Source: Candidatus Poribacteria bacterium (GTDB taxonomy: Bacteria > Poribacteria > WGA-4E > WGA-3G). Taken from it: a stretch of 64,000 bases of DNA. Location of the stretch: the NCBI GenBank assembly GCA_965214095.1, contig OZ243938.1, positions 4,320,001 to 4,384,000 on the forward strand, in the 5' to 3' direction. Within the stretch, counting starts at the first letter, position 1; every line of letters begins with the position of its first letter. Positions 50,247 to 59,418 of the stretch are shown here, piece by piece. The notes beneath the pieces were generated by a model. The model had not been told where the DNA came from. It saw only the letters and a list, made by a program, of their open reading frames with translations, and searched no databases. Position numbers and translations under genes: made by a program.

Positions 50247-50785
50247 ATTGAAGATGAGATTACACAAGCAGCTTGGGTTAAATTGAACCAACTACCAAGT
50301 GCACATGCAGTCATCTTTGGAACACGTGGAGGTGGCGGTGCAAGACATATCGGTTTCGGTTATGGAATGAATCCACAAAATGGCATCAAAGTTTGGACAA
50401 ATGGTGCTGGTGGTGGGTTCAAGGATATCAACGATAATGTGACGAAATTAGAAGTTGGTAAGTGGTATTATCTATCCTATACACATTCATCGGACAATAA
50501 CGGTAAAGTAAAAATCTATGTGGATGGAGAAGTCACACTTGAGAACGATTCTGGTAATCCTGTTGCCCCCGCAGGCGTTACAAGTCGCATTCAGATTGGC
50601 ACTTGGTCAGGTGAAAAATGGCCAGGTGTAGTTGATGAAGTCCGTCTATGGAATCGCGTCCTTTCTGATGCTGAAATGGAAGAGAGTATGAATTTAGGAT
50701 CTGACGAATTACTTGATGTCAATCCTAAAGACAAATTAGCCACTGCCTGGGGTTCAATAAAGAGTATTCGTTAATCAATCATATT

Positions 50786-50815
50786 AGGCGGCATTCCTTG
50801 CCGCCTCTTTCTTTC
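50786..50815 (+). terminator. Intrinsic terminator
   Basis: AGGCGGCA-5 nt-TGCCGCCT followed by CTTTCTTTC. Confidence 0.65.
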
Positions 50816-50838
50816 AGTACAAAAATGATAAAATCTAT

Positions 50839-51387
50839 ATGCAAGTCTATGAATCTATATTAACCCGTCTTGAAAAAACCGCGAAACAGTATACCAATAT
50901 CGCTCCAGAAAACGGGCAGTTCCTATCAATTCTCACCCGATCAATTCATGCCAAATATGTCCTTGAAGTAGGTACCAGCAACGGATATTCTGCAATTTGG
51001 TTTGCAGCTGCACTCAAGGAAACAGGTGGTAGACTTATCACCTTAGAAAACGATCCAAAACGCGCAAAAGAAGCACAGTCAAATCTCAGTGAAGCAGGAC
51101 TTGATGATATTGTTGAGATTCGTGTTGGGGATGCACTTCAGGAAATATCCAAATGTGATTTTACTTTCGATCTCGTGTTTCTTGACGCTGAGAAAGGTCA
51201 ATACCTTCAATACTTAGAATTAGTGTTGCCAAACATCCGTTCAGGTGGTTTAATGATTGCTGATGATACAATTACCATGCGTGATGAGATGTTGGATTAT
51301 GTAGAATTTGTCTTTAATACACCACTATTAGATTCTGTTGATATCCCGTTGGATGATGGGATTATTTTAAGTTATAGAACTGAGTAG
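50839..51387 (+). CDS. SAM-dependent O-methyltransferase
   Basis: VLEVGTSNGYS, GDA, FDLVFLDAEK. Confidence 0.9.
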   Translation: MQVYESILTRLEKTAKQYTNIAPENGQFLSILTRSIHAKYVLEVGTSNGYSAIWFAAALKETGGRLITLENDPKRAKEAQSNLSEAGLDDIVEIRVGDALQEISKCDFTFDLVFLDAEKGQYLQYLELVLPNIRSGGLMIADDTITMRDEMLDYVEFVFNTPLLDSVDIPLDDGIILSYRTE

Positions 51388-51488
51388 TGAGTTGTTACAA
51401 GTACATATATCAGATAAACTGTGATAAAACTAAACTTGGCCAACTGATGTATTTTATTCTGCATCTTTGATGATAAAGGAGAAAGAAA

Positions 51489-52277
51489 ATGAAACGGTTC
51501 ATAATTTGTTTTTATGCGATTGGTTTTTTCATCGTCCAATTTAGCCATGCTGAAATCGATCCTACTACTATAGTAGGTGCATGGCTGTTTGATGAAGCAG
51601 ATGGAAAAGTTGCATCTGATTCATCAGATAAGGGGAATGATGGTAATCTTGTCGGTGGCGCAAAATGGGTGAAGGGTAAATTTGGCAATGCAATTGAATT
51701 AAATGGGACAGATGCTTGGGTTACGGTCCCTCAGATTGGTCCATTAGCAGACTTTACACTACTGAAATGGTTCAATTCTACTGGAAGAGTTAACAGTTGG
51801 AGATGCTTTTTCAATCGCAATGGTTGGGCAGCAGGTTTTGTGCATTATCAATTTAGAACGGACAATAAAATGGAAATAGCAATTCACTCAAACGATCCAG
51901 TCCGACATCCTGGATGGGAAGATACCGGGTTCATTGCAGATAATAGTATTTTGAATAAGTGGATCCATCTTGCAGTTGCATACAGTAGTACCGAACAGAC
52001 TATTCGTGTGTATTTTGATGGTGAATTGGATGCAGAAGGTAAATGGGGTCCTTTGGCCGGTGAATTTGGACCTGGCAGAATTGGTTCATGGGATGGCGGC
52101 GGAAGAGAGTGGCAAGGTTTGTTTGATGAAATGTTACTCTTTGATGTATCATTGGAGGAAGACGATATTTTGATGCTTATGGAAAACGGTTTAGAAGGTG
52201 CCCTTGCAGTTGAGGCTATAAACAAAGCTGCGACTATTTGGGGAAAGATAAAAGACGATTCTATAAAAAGAAGATAG
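51489..52277 (+). CDS. Secreted LamG/concanavalin-like protein
   Basis: Signal peptide, AWLFDE, GKFGNAI, WIHLAV, GLFDE; tail VEAINKAATIWGKIK. Confidence 0.87.
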   Translation: MKRFIICFYAIGFFIVQFSHAEIDPTTIVGAWLFDEADGKVASDSSDKGNDGNLVGGAKWVKGKFGNAIELNGTDAWVTVPQIGPLADFTLLKWFNSTGRVNSWRCFFNRNGWAAGFVHYQFRTDNKMEIAIHSNDPVRHPGWEDTGFIADNSILNKWIHLAVAYSSTEQTIRVYFDGELDAEGKWGPLAGEFGPGRIGSWDGGGREWQGLFDEMLLFDVSLEEDDILMLMENGLEGALAVEAINKAATIWGKIKDDSIKRR

Positions 52278-52290
52278 TGAGGATTCACAA

Positions 52291-53484
52291 ATTTCACTTA
52301 AAACCAAACTATCCCACAAATCCGAACGTTTCACAGAATCTGTCATCCGTGGCATGACACAGTTATGTTTAAAGCATAATGCAATCAATTTGTCACAAGG
52401 CACGCCTGCATATCAACCTCCAGATGAAGTAAAGCAGGCTGCGATTGCTGCTATTCAAGAGGGATACAATCAGTATAGTATCACTTGGGGAGCACCCGAT
52501 TTTCGTGAAGCAATTGCACATAAAATGGAGACATTCAACGGTATTGAAACCGATGCTGCCAAAAATGTAACTGTAACCTGTGGTTCAACAGAAGGTATGT
52601 TGTCCGTTCTCCTTGCTATCATCAACCCTGGCGATGAGGTCATTATATTTGAACCTTTCTATGAAAATTATGGTCCGGATACAATTATCTCAGGGGCAAA
52701 ACCTGTGTATGTAGCACTCCAGGAGACAGAAACAGAAGATGGAGGAATGCTATTTACTTATGACCAAAATGAATTGAAAAACGCATTTTCATCAAACACG
52801 AAAGCGATTATAATTAACACACCCAATAATCCTCTCGGAAAAGTATTTACACGTGCGGAACTGCAGGAGATAGCCGAACTTTGCTGTGAACACGACTGCA
52901 TTGCTATTACAGATGAAATATATGAATATATGATATATGATGGTAAACCACATATCAGCATTGGCAGTCTACCACTAATGAAGGATAGGACAATCACAGT
53001 GTCAGGGTTAAGCAAGACCTATTCTATGACCGGGTGGCGATTAGGGTATGTAGTCGCACCTGAAATATTATCCAATGCTATACGAAAGATGCATGACTTC
53101 CTAACCGTTGGTGCTCCGCACCCTTTACAACGTGCGGGTATAGCTGCTCTCAACTTGCCATCAAGTTATTACACAAAATTGGTGGAAAAATATGACAGAA
53201 ATCGCCAAAGACTCGTTAATATATTGACGGATGCAGGTTTTCGTTGTCATCCACCAGAGGCTGCATACTATATTATGACAGACATTTCAGATTTTGGATT
53301 TTCAGATGATACCGCGTTCGCACATTGGTTAGTAAAGGAAATCGGTGTAGGTGGCGTGCCTGGATCCAGTTTCTACAGTCGTCCACATCTCGGTAAAACG
53401 AAGTTTCGTTTTATGTTCAGTATGTCTGATGATATTTTAGATGAAGCGGGTGATCGTTTGATGAAAATAAAATCAAAAATATAA
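52291..53484 (+). CDS. Class I/II PLP aminotransferase (probable ATT start)
   Basis: INLSQG, NTPNNPLG, DEIY, SKTYSMTGWRLG. FTESVIR lies upstream of the first ATG (52354); GAGGA RBS precedes ATT at 52291. Confidence 0.88.
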   Translation: MSLKTKLSHKSERFTESVIRGMTQLCLKHNAINLSQGTPAYQPPDEVKQAAIAAIQEGYNQYSITWGAPDFREAIAHKMETFNGIETDAAKNVTVTCGSTEGMLSVLLAIINPGDEVIIFEPFYENYGPDTIISGAKPVYVALQETETEDGGMLFTYDQNELKNAFSSNTKAIIINTPNNPLGKVFTRAELQEIAELCCEHDCIAITDEIYEYMIYDGKPHISIGSLPLMKDRTITVSGLSKTYSMTGWRLGYVVAPEILSNAIRKMHDFLTVGAPHPLQRAGIAALNLPSSYYTKLVEKYDRNRQRLVNILTDAGFRCHPPEAAYYIMTDISDFGFSDDTAFAHWLVKEIGVGGVPGSSFYSRPHLGKTKFRFMFSMSDDILDEAGDRLMKIKSKI

Positions 53485-53525
53485 ATGATGTAAATGGTTG
53501 AAAAGCTACAAAACGAGGTATGATA

Positions 53526-53732
53526 ATGGATACCGTCCTTAATAAAGAAACACGTGAAATCTATGAAGAAGAGATAAAAGCACTTATTCAGCATGACCCG
53601 AAGTATATTACACTCGGACCTGATGAACTTGAAGCGATTGTGAAGGCATTTGATTTTACATTATCGAATGGGCGTGATAAGGTTAGAGCGCAAATGCTAT
53701 ATGATCTGATACAAGAAAAAAGAGAAATATAA
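53526..53732 (+). CDS. Small hypothetical protein coupled to the Rad50-like gene
   Basis: GAGG RBS; stop lies 1 nt before the next ATG. Confidence 0.6.
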   Translation: MDTVLNKETREIYEEEIKALIQHDPKYITLGPDELEAIVKAFDFTLSNGRDKVRAQMLYDLIQEKREI

Positions 53733-53733
53733 T

Positions 53734-55614
53734 ATGCGATTAGAACGTATTCGTCTCAAGTCCTTCGGTTGTTTTCAACAGCAAGATTTTGAGCTGTCTG
53801 AGGGTATCAACCTTATCTTTGGTCCAAACTTCAGTGGTAAAAGTACGCTTGTCAATGCGATCTTTTTCACATTGACGGGGAAACCGATTGTGCCACGGGT
53901 TGATGCATCGGCTATAAAAAGTGCCAATTCGTATAGCGGTACTGCTGGACTCCAATTTGTTCACAATGATGAACGTTATATGCTGTTCCGTGGAACAAAA
54001 AAACGTTTCCAGCTCAGACAGGAAAAAGGGGATGAATGGCATATAGTCTTTGATGAATCCCGTATCACTGTTGTGGAGGCAACCTTGAAAGAGCAGTTCG
54101 GTTTTTCACATGACCGACTTGCCTTGACTGCGTTCCTACGTGAAGGTGAAATTTTTGAGTTCCTTGCCCGTCAACCAGCAACAAGACGCGATATCTTATT
54201 TGCACTGCTTGGTATTGATAGATTGATTGAAGTTCGCGAAAGATTCATCGATGCACGTCGGCTTGCGAAACGGGAACGCACAAGAATTCAGTCACATCAA
54301 AAGAGTCTTAGATTTAATGCCCAAAACCCTCATAAACCTGAGATTGACAAAATAGAAGCGGAATTGAAGAAATTGGAAAAGGAATACAGTAGAGAAAGTG
54401 GAGATTCAGAAATAATTAATGAATGGATTCAGAATAGAAAACAGCTGCAAAAACAATTGGATTTACTTCTTCAGGAACAGAAAGAGACACTAAGCGGTTT
54501 TGATGGTTTCTCACATCTGAAAAAGATGATCTCGACCGTTGAAACTGCGATTAAGGAATCGAAGGAATTAGAAGCGGAACGCGATACACTCATCAAAACA
54601 ACCGGCAGCCTTGATTCCCAGGTTACAGCATTGACCAATGTATGCGACTCACTTCGCACTTTGATTGAGAATGATGATAGACATTGTCCAACCTGTCATC
54701 AGAAAGTTGAGAAGGAAATTCTTATAAAGATTGTTGAGGAAAAGGAGAAAGAAAAATCGCAGCTATCCACTGATTTGAAGGAAAATAATAAAATACTATC
54801 GGAAAAGACAGAAAACCTGCAAAGTAGACAGGCACTTGAGCAACGTCTTGACAACCTAAAAGCACGTGTGTCACGTTTAGAACAGTTGAAAGGTGATATT
54901 GATAAGTCTCAAAATGAAATTTCTGATATTAAATCACGACTGAGTGCAAAAGGTGTTGATAGTGAGACTGATTTATCGAATGAGTCTAATGAAAGTGGTT
55001 CAGAATCATCTGAGAATATAGATAAGACACAGTTAAAAGTGCGTATTGATAGTCTACGTAAAAAACTCTCAAAACTTAAACAGGATGAGGCAGTACAGCA
55101 AGACAGGCTTAATCAACTTCAGAAAGTCAATCTAGAAGCGGAAGAGACTGAGAAGACAACTTTATGTTTAGAACTCGCTTGTTTAGGTGTTGACAAGACC
55201 ATTGATACGTTACAACGTCAAATACTCAAACCTGTAGAATCCGAATTACAAAATTGGCTTGGACAGATGGAACTTTTTGGCAAAACACATATTGACTTAC
55301 AACGTCAACATCTACTTCCTACACTGAATATAGATGGGGTTGATCGTAGTTTGATGTTGCTCAGTGGAAGCGAAAAGATGTTTCTATATCTCTGCTTTAA
55401 AGTAGCACTTGCAAAGGTATTAGGTAATACCGGTTTCTTTGTATTTGATGATCCAACGTTACATTTAGATGGGGAGAGAAAAGCATTGATGGTAGATTTC
55501 ATTCGTCAACTTGCAGAAGAATATCAGGTGATTGTGACCAGTTATGACGATGATGTGCGTGAAGGATTAGAAGGTGCACATCTGATTGAAATGGGTAGAG
55601 AAAAACAAGATTAA
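53734..55614 (+). CDS. SbcC/Rad50-like SMC-family ATPase
   Basis: GPNFSGKST, coiled coil with central CPTC zinc hook, LSGSEK signature, FVFDDPTLHLD. Confidence 0.88.
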   Translation: MRLERIRLKSFGCFQQQDFELSEGINLIFGPNFSGKSTLVNAIFFTLTGKPIVPRVDASAIKSANSYSGTAGLQFVHNDERYMLFRGTKKRFQLRQEKGDEWHIVFDESRITVVEATLKEQFGFSHDRLALTAFLREGEIFEFLARQPATRRDILFALLGIDRLIEVRERFIDARRLAKRERTRIQSHQKSLRFNAQNPHKPEIDKIEAELKKLEKEYSRESGDSEIINEWIQNRKQLQKQLDLLLQEQKETLSGFDGFSHLKKMISTVETAIKESKELEAERDTLIKTTGSLDSQVTALTNVCDSLRTLIENDDRHCPTCHQKVEKEILIKIVEEKEKEKSQLSTDLKENNKILSEKTENLQSRQALEQRLDNLKARVSRLEQLKGDIDKSQNEISDIKSRLSAKGVDSETDLSNESNESGSESSENIDKTQLKVRIDSLRKKLSKLKQDEAVQQDRLNQLQKVNLEAEETEKTTLCLELACLGVDKTIDTLQRQILKPVESELQNWLGQMELFGKTHIDLQRQHLLPTLNIDGVDRSLMLLSGSEKMFLYLCFKVALAKVLGNTGFFVFDDPTLHLDGERKALMVDFIRQLAEEYQVIVTSYDDDVREGLEGAHLIEMGREKQD

Positions 55615-55671
55615 CCTATAACTGCCAAAGAAGTAAGATGCACATACCATCAGATAGATAATGAATTTAAT

Positions 55672-55700
55672 TTGACATCTTCATGTTAATATGTTACAAT
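55672..55700 (+). promoter_or_regulatory. Promoter of the tRNA operon
   Basis: TTGACA-17 nt-TACAAT. Confidence 0.75.
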
Positions 55701-55740
55701 AAATACGCTTTTAGTGTCAAAACAAACCCTAAGAGCCTTT

Positions 55741-55812
55741 GCGGGAGTAGCTCAGTGGTAGAGCTCCACCTTGCCAAGGTGGAGGTCGCGAGTTCAAATC
55801 TCGTCTCCCGCT
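55741..55812 (+). tRNA. tRNA-Gly(GCC), CCA not encoded
   Basis: GCGGGAG/CTCCCGC acceptor stem, anticodon loop TTGCCAA, GTTCAAATC T-loop. Confidence 0.95.
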
Positions 55813-55864
55813 TTTATATAAAAACATAATTTGTACGTGTGCAATCTAATAACGTACACTACAA

Positions 55865-55939
55865 GGTGGCGTAGCCAAGTGGTAAGGCCGAAGTCTGCAA
55901 AACTTCTATTCGTCGGTTCGATTCCGACCGCCACCTCCA
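55865..55939 (+). tRNA. tRNA-Cys(GCA), CCA encoded
   Basis: GGTGGCG/CGCCACC acceptor stem, loop CTGCAAA, U discriminator followed by CCA. Confidence 0.95.
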
Positions 55940-55950
55940 TCATGCATTAT

Positions 55951-56024
55951 GGGCGGTTAGCTCAGGTGGCTAGAGCGTTTGCTTGACATGCAAGAGGTCA
56001 CAGGTTCAAGTCCTGTACCGCCCA
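55951..56024 (+). tRNA. tRNA-Val(GAC), CCA not encoded
   Basis: GGGCGGT/ACCGCCC acceptor stem, loop TTGACAT, GGTTCAAGTCC. Confidence 0.95.
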
Positions 56025-56093
56025 TCCTACCTATTTTCGATCTCAATATTCTGGACAGTCCACTCATTTTGTGGTATATTATGATTATGCTCT

Positions 56094-56231
56094 TATAGTA
56101 AAATGTAAAAATACATGCACACTCCACGGTAGATGCGGTTTCCTAACCGCATCTATGAGACTGAACAAACACCGGTTCGGTTAGGAAACCGAACCTACCG
56201 TCGTGTGTAAATAATTATGGTTTTAACTATA
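56094..56231. mobile_element. MITE family A, full copy
   Basis: TATAGTAAAATG...TTTTAACTATA with two inverted GTAG hairpins. Confidence 0.85.
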
Positions 56232-56254
56232 AAATCTAAAGAAGGAGAAAATCA

Positions 56255-56860
56255 ATGGCAATCATAACAACCAAAAAGGCATATCTCGCTATATTTCTGA
56301 TAGGAGTTATCGTAGTAATTGCAGGGATATCAGTTTATGGTATATACCAGCGGGACACATCTCAAACACCAACTACGATATTCAAAGAATTAACTGAAGC
56401 TGATGAAGAAATCGTGAAAGAAAATATCAGATCAAATATAGAACAACAGAAAAGGAAATCTACAGAAAAAGTTGATAAAAAGCAGCCTTCCTATGTTGAT
56501 AGCATGCCTATTGAGAATAATAACAAGGACGAAAAACCTACACCTACTTATGAAGGACCTGTTCCTATTGTAACAGAAGCAGATGCATCAGATACAGAAA
56601 CATCCGATCTACAATCTCAGTCAGATGAAATTCAAGCAAACATGGGTGACATAAAAAATTTACATAAACAATTTGATCCTAAAGGTGTAGACTGGGGTAA
56701 TGCAAACTTTATAGAAATTACATCAGATGATGATCTAAAAAAGGTTCTTGCAGAATTAAAAGCATCTGGTAAGTTAACTGATAAAAACATCATCCAAATT
56801 AAAAAGAGTGTCAATGTAGGTGATGGCAAATGGATAGAGGTGGAAATAGATGATAAATAA
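56255..56860 (+). CDS. Hypothetical membrane-anchored protein
   Basis: AAGGAG RBS, one N-terminal TM helix, charged low-complexity body. Confidence 0.7.
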   Translation: MAIITTKKAYLAIFLIGVIVVIAGISVYGIYQRDTSQTPTTIFKELTEADEEIVKENIRSNIEQQKRKSTEKVDKKQPSYVDSMPIENNNKDEKPTPTYEGPVPIVTEADASDTETSDLQSQSDEIQANMGDIKNLHKQFDPKGVDWGNANFIEITSDDDLKKVLAELKASGKLTDKNIIQIKKSVNVGDGKWIEVEIDDK

Positions 56861-57080
56861 TGCCATTGTATTAACCCAATAATCTTGTTGAAGTGGATTC
56901 CATCCCCTATTTTTCTTGTTTGAGGCCTTCTAACCCCGAACATAAAGAATTACTGCTAAAATATGTGCTAAAACATTGAAGAAATCTATCATGAAATACA
57001 ACACATATACCACAAGTATATGTAACTGTGGGTGTCCCGATCTACTAAGACAATAGTATATAATTTTGGAGACCATTTTC

Positions 57081-59357
57081 ATGAAAAACATACCTCTTAT
57101 CATTATCACGTTCCTGTTATTTTCAGTTTTTGCATTACCATCTTCTATTATTGCAGATGAACCTATCGCAACTCTGACTGGTCACACCGATATTGTTTAT
57201 AGTGTTGAATTCAGTCCAAACGGTAGCCTACTCGCAACTAAAGGAAGAGACAAAACAATCCGTATATGGAATCCACACTCTGGAAACCTTATAAGAACAA
57301 TTAAAGATACAAATCCTCATGGAGAGATAACATTTAACAGAGATGGAAGTCTACTCGCAAGTGCTGAAGGGACAGAAAAAGTTGTTAATCTGTGGAATTC
57401 AGAAACTGGCAAGCTGCAAAAGACTTTAGGAGGCCATCTTGGTAATGTCTACTACGTTGCATTTTCACCGAATTCAGATGTACTTGCAAGTGCAGATTCG
57501 GATGGAAATATCATTCTATGGAATTCTGACACTGGTCAACTCTTACGCACGTGGTATGCAGAGAAACTTAACGGTTTGACTTTCAGTGCCGATGGCAGTT
57601 TCATTGCCAATAGCGGTAAGAATGATGAAAACGTCAAAGTTTGGAATGCTAACACTGGTCAACTACTACACACACTTGAATCAAGTGTACATCAACTTTT
57701 TGATGTTACATTCAGTACTAATGATAATACAATAGCTGGTGTCGGATGGGATGGAATTGACTTATGGGATGCTAATACAGGAGAATTAATACGACGACTT
57801 CCTAATTATCGCGGTAGGGTTTATTTATGTGGTGCTTTCAGTCCTGATGGTAGCATCCTAGCCAGTGGAAAGGATACAGGTGTCAGTTTATGGGATGTAA
57901 AAAGAGGAACTTTACTTGATACCTTGATAGAAGGTGGAGTAGAAATGTATGATTTGGCATTTAGTCCTGATGGACGCACTCTCGCAAGTGTAGGGAGAAG
58001 AAATGAAGTGCGTTTATGGGATATTACACCACTTGATGACGTAAATGCCCCAGAATTTCCTGAAGATTTAACCGGTCCGAATGTCAATACTTGGCACGAA
58101 GACTTTGGTGAAGTGCATCTTGATTCATGGACTAGTCGTGAATATCAGCGTGAAAGAGTTTCATGGGAAACAAAAAACGGTCAATTGGAGGTGCACACAC
58201 ACCCTTTTTGTAATGGACGATTAAATATTTTTAATCAACTTAATCTGGAAACCAATTATTCACTTGAATTTACAGCCTTCCCTATAGAGACAGAACAAAT
58301 TCGCGTCAAGCTAAAAGTTGATTCTCTTGAAAATGCGAATACTGGAATTTTCATCGGTAAGAAACCTGACAGCATTGTTCATCAAGTGTTCCAACATGCA
58401 TATCTTTTTGCAAACCACACACTCGGCACTCCCGATAGTTGGGGTCATCGTCGTACTGTCTCAGAGATCGGACTAAATTTAAGAGAGATTGATGTGGTGT
58501 TTGATCGTGGACATTTCTATGTTTATTCAGAAGGTAAATACATCATGGACTTCCAAACGAACAGTATTCAAACGATAGATTACATCGGTATTGTAGTCTT
58601 TCCCGAAAACTGTAATGTTTCTGCTACAGTAAATTTGGATGATTTTGAGATATCAGGACCAACTATTCCTGCACCAGGAGCCGTTGTTGTTGAGCCAAAA
58701 GACAATAAACCAATAGACGATACTGTAATAGATGAAATCTGGGTTGAAGATTTCAATGAGGGACCCCTCGATTCATGGACAGAGAATATACATCAGAAAA
58801 AACGTAATAGAGCGACGTGGCAAGCGAAAGATGGTCACCTGGATGTATGGATACAGCCAGAATTGAACCATGCTCTCTTACAAACTTATGAGTTAGAATT
58901 TACGGGTCTACCTATCAAGGCTGAAAAACTTAATGTAAAGGTTGATGTCCTTGAAGCACATAACGCAAACGTTGGTATTTTTATCGGACAGTATGACTGG
59001 ACAGGTGGTACATTCAGACGTACCTATAAAATCCTCCACAAAGGCATCTGGGGTGCAATAGAATTAGGTGATGTTCCTGATCACAATTATGAGAATCTTA
59101 AGGAAATAGAAATAGTCTTTAATAAGGGACATTTCGAATTGCTCTCTGAAGGAGAGCACATACTTGAGTTCGACGAACCTAATCTACCATACATTGATTG
59201 TCTCGGCATTATAACTTATACGAGCGAGGTGCCACTCGCGCATTTTGTTATGGATAATTTCGTAATTTCGGATATGGTTCCTCATCAGGAAAAGACTTTG
59301 AATGTCACTGCAAAGGGTAAGGCTGCAATATCATGGGGTGAAATAAAACAGCAATAA
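57081..59357 (+). CDS. Secreted WD40 protein with two copies of an unassigned beta-rich domain
   Basis: Signal peptide, about 7 WD40 repeats, two W.EDF...LDSW...LEF...GIFIG...GHF...D.F.IS repeats; tail VTAKGKAAISWGEIK. Confidence 0.85.
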   Translation: MKNIPLIIITFLLFSVFALPSSIIADEPIATLTGHTDIVYSVEFSPNGSLLATKGRDKTIRIWNPHSGNLIRTIKDTNPHGEITFNRDGSLLASAEGTEKVVNLWNSETGKLQKTLGGHLGNVYYVAFSPNSDVLASADSDGNIILWNSDTGQLLRTWYAEKLNGLTFSADGSFIANSGKNDENVKVWNANTGQLLHTLESSVHQLFDVTFSTNDNTIAGVGWDGIDLWDANTGELIRRLPNYRGRVYLCGAFSPDGSILASGKDTGVSLWDVKRGTLLDTLIEGGVEMYDLAFSPDGRTLASVGRRNEVRLWDITPLDDVNAPEFPEDLTGPNVNTWHEDFGEVHLDSWTSREYQRERVSWETKNGQLEVHTHPFCNGRLNIFNQLNLETNYSLEFTAFPIETEQIRVKLKVDSLENANTGIFIGKKPDSIVHQVFQHAYLFANHTLGTPDSWGHRRTVSEIGLNLREIDVVFDRGHFYVYSEGKYIMDFQTNSIQTIDYIGIVVFPENCNVSATVNLDDFEISGPTIPAPGAVVVEPKDNKPIDDTVIDEIWVEDFNEGPLDSWTENIHQKKRNRATWQAKDGHLDVWIQPELNHALLQTYELEFTGLPIKAEKLNVKVDVLEAHNANVGIFIGQYDWTGGTFRRTYKILHKGIWGAIELGDVPDHNYENLKEIEIVFNKGHFELLSEGEHILEFDEPNLPYIDCLGIITYTSEVPLAHFVMDNFVISDMVPHQEKTLNVTAKGKAAISWGEIKQQ

Positions 59358-59418
59358 ATCTGTCAGATCACGAAATGACATTTCTTCATAATGCACATGT
59401 CCATAATAGGAGAACATA

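Larger units (their letters stand above)
48947..50774 (+). pseudogene. Secreted LamG protein gene interrupted by an IS
   Basis: Removing 49205-50246 and one ATT restores the in-frame junction ...DDAFH-I-EDEITQAAW...; tail VNPKDKLATAWGSIK. Confidence 0.9.

Noticed and set aside
53734-55614. The SMC partner of ScpAB
   Set aside because: It has a CxxC zinc hook rather than an SMC hinge and is about half the length of SMC.
2481-56231. Repeated hairpin units as a CRISPR array
   Set aside because: The copies are dispersed singly in intergenic gaps, with no repeat-spacer periodicity and no cas genes.
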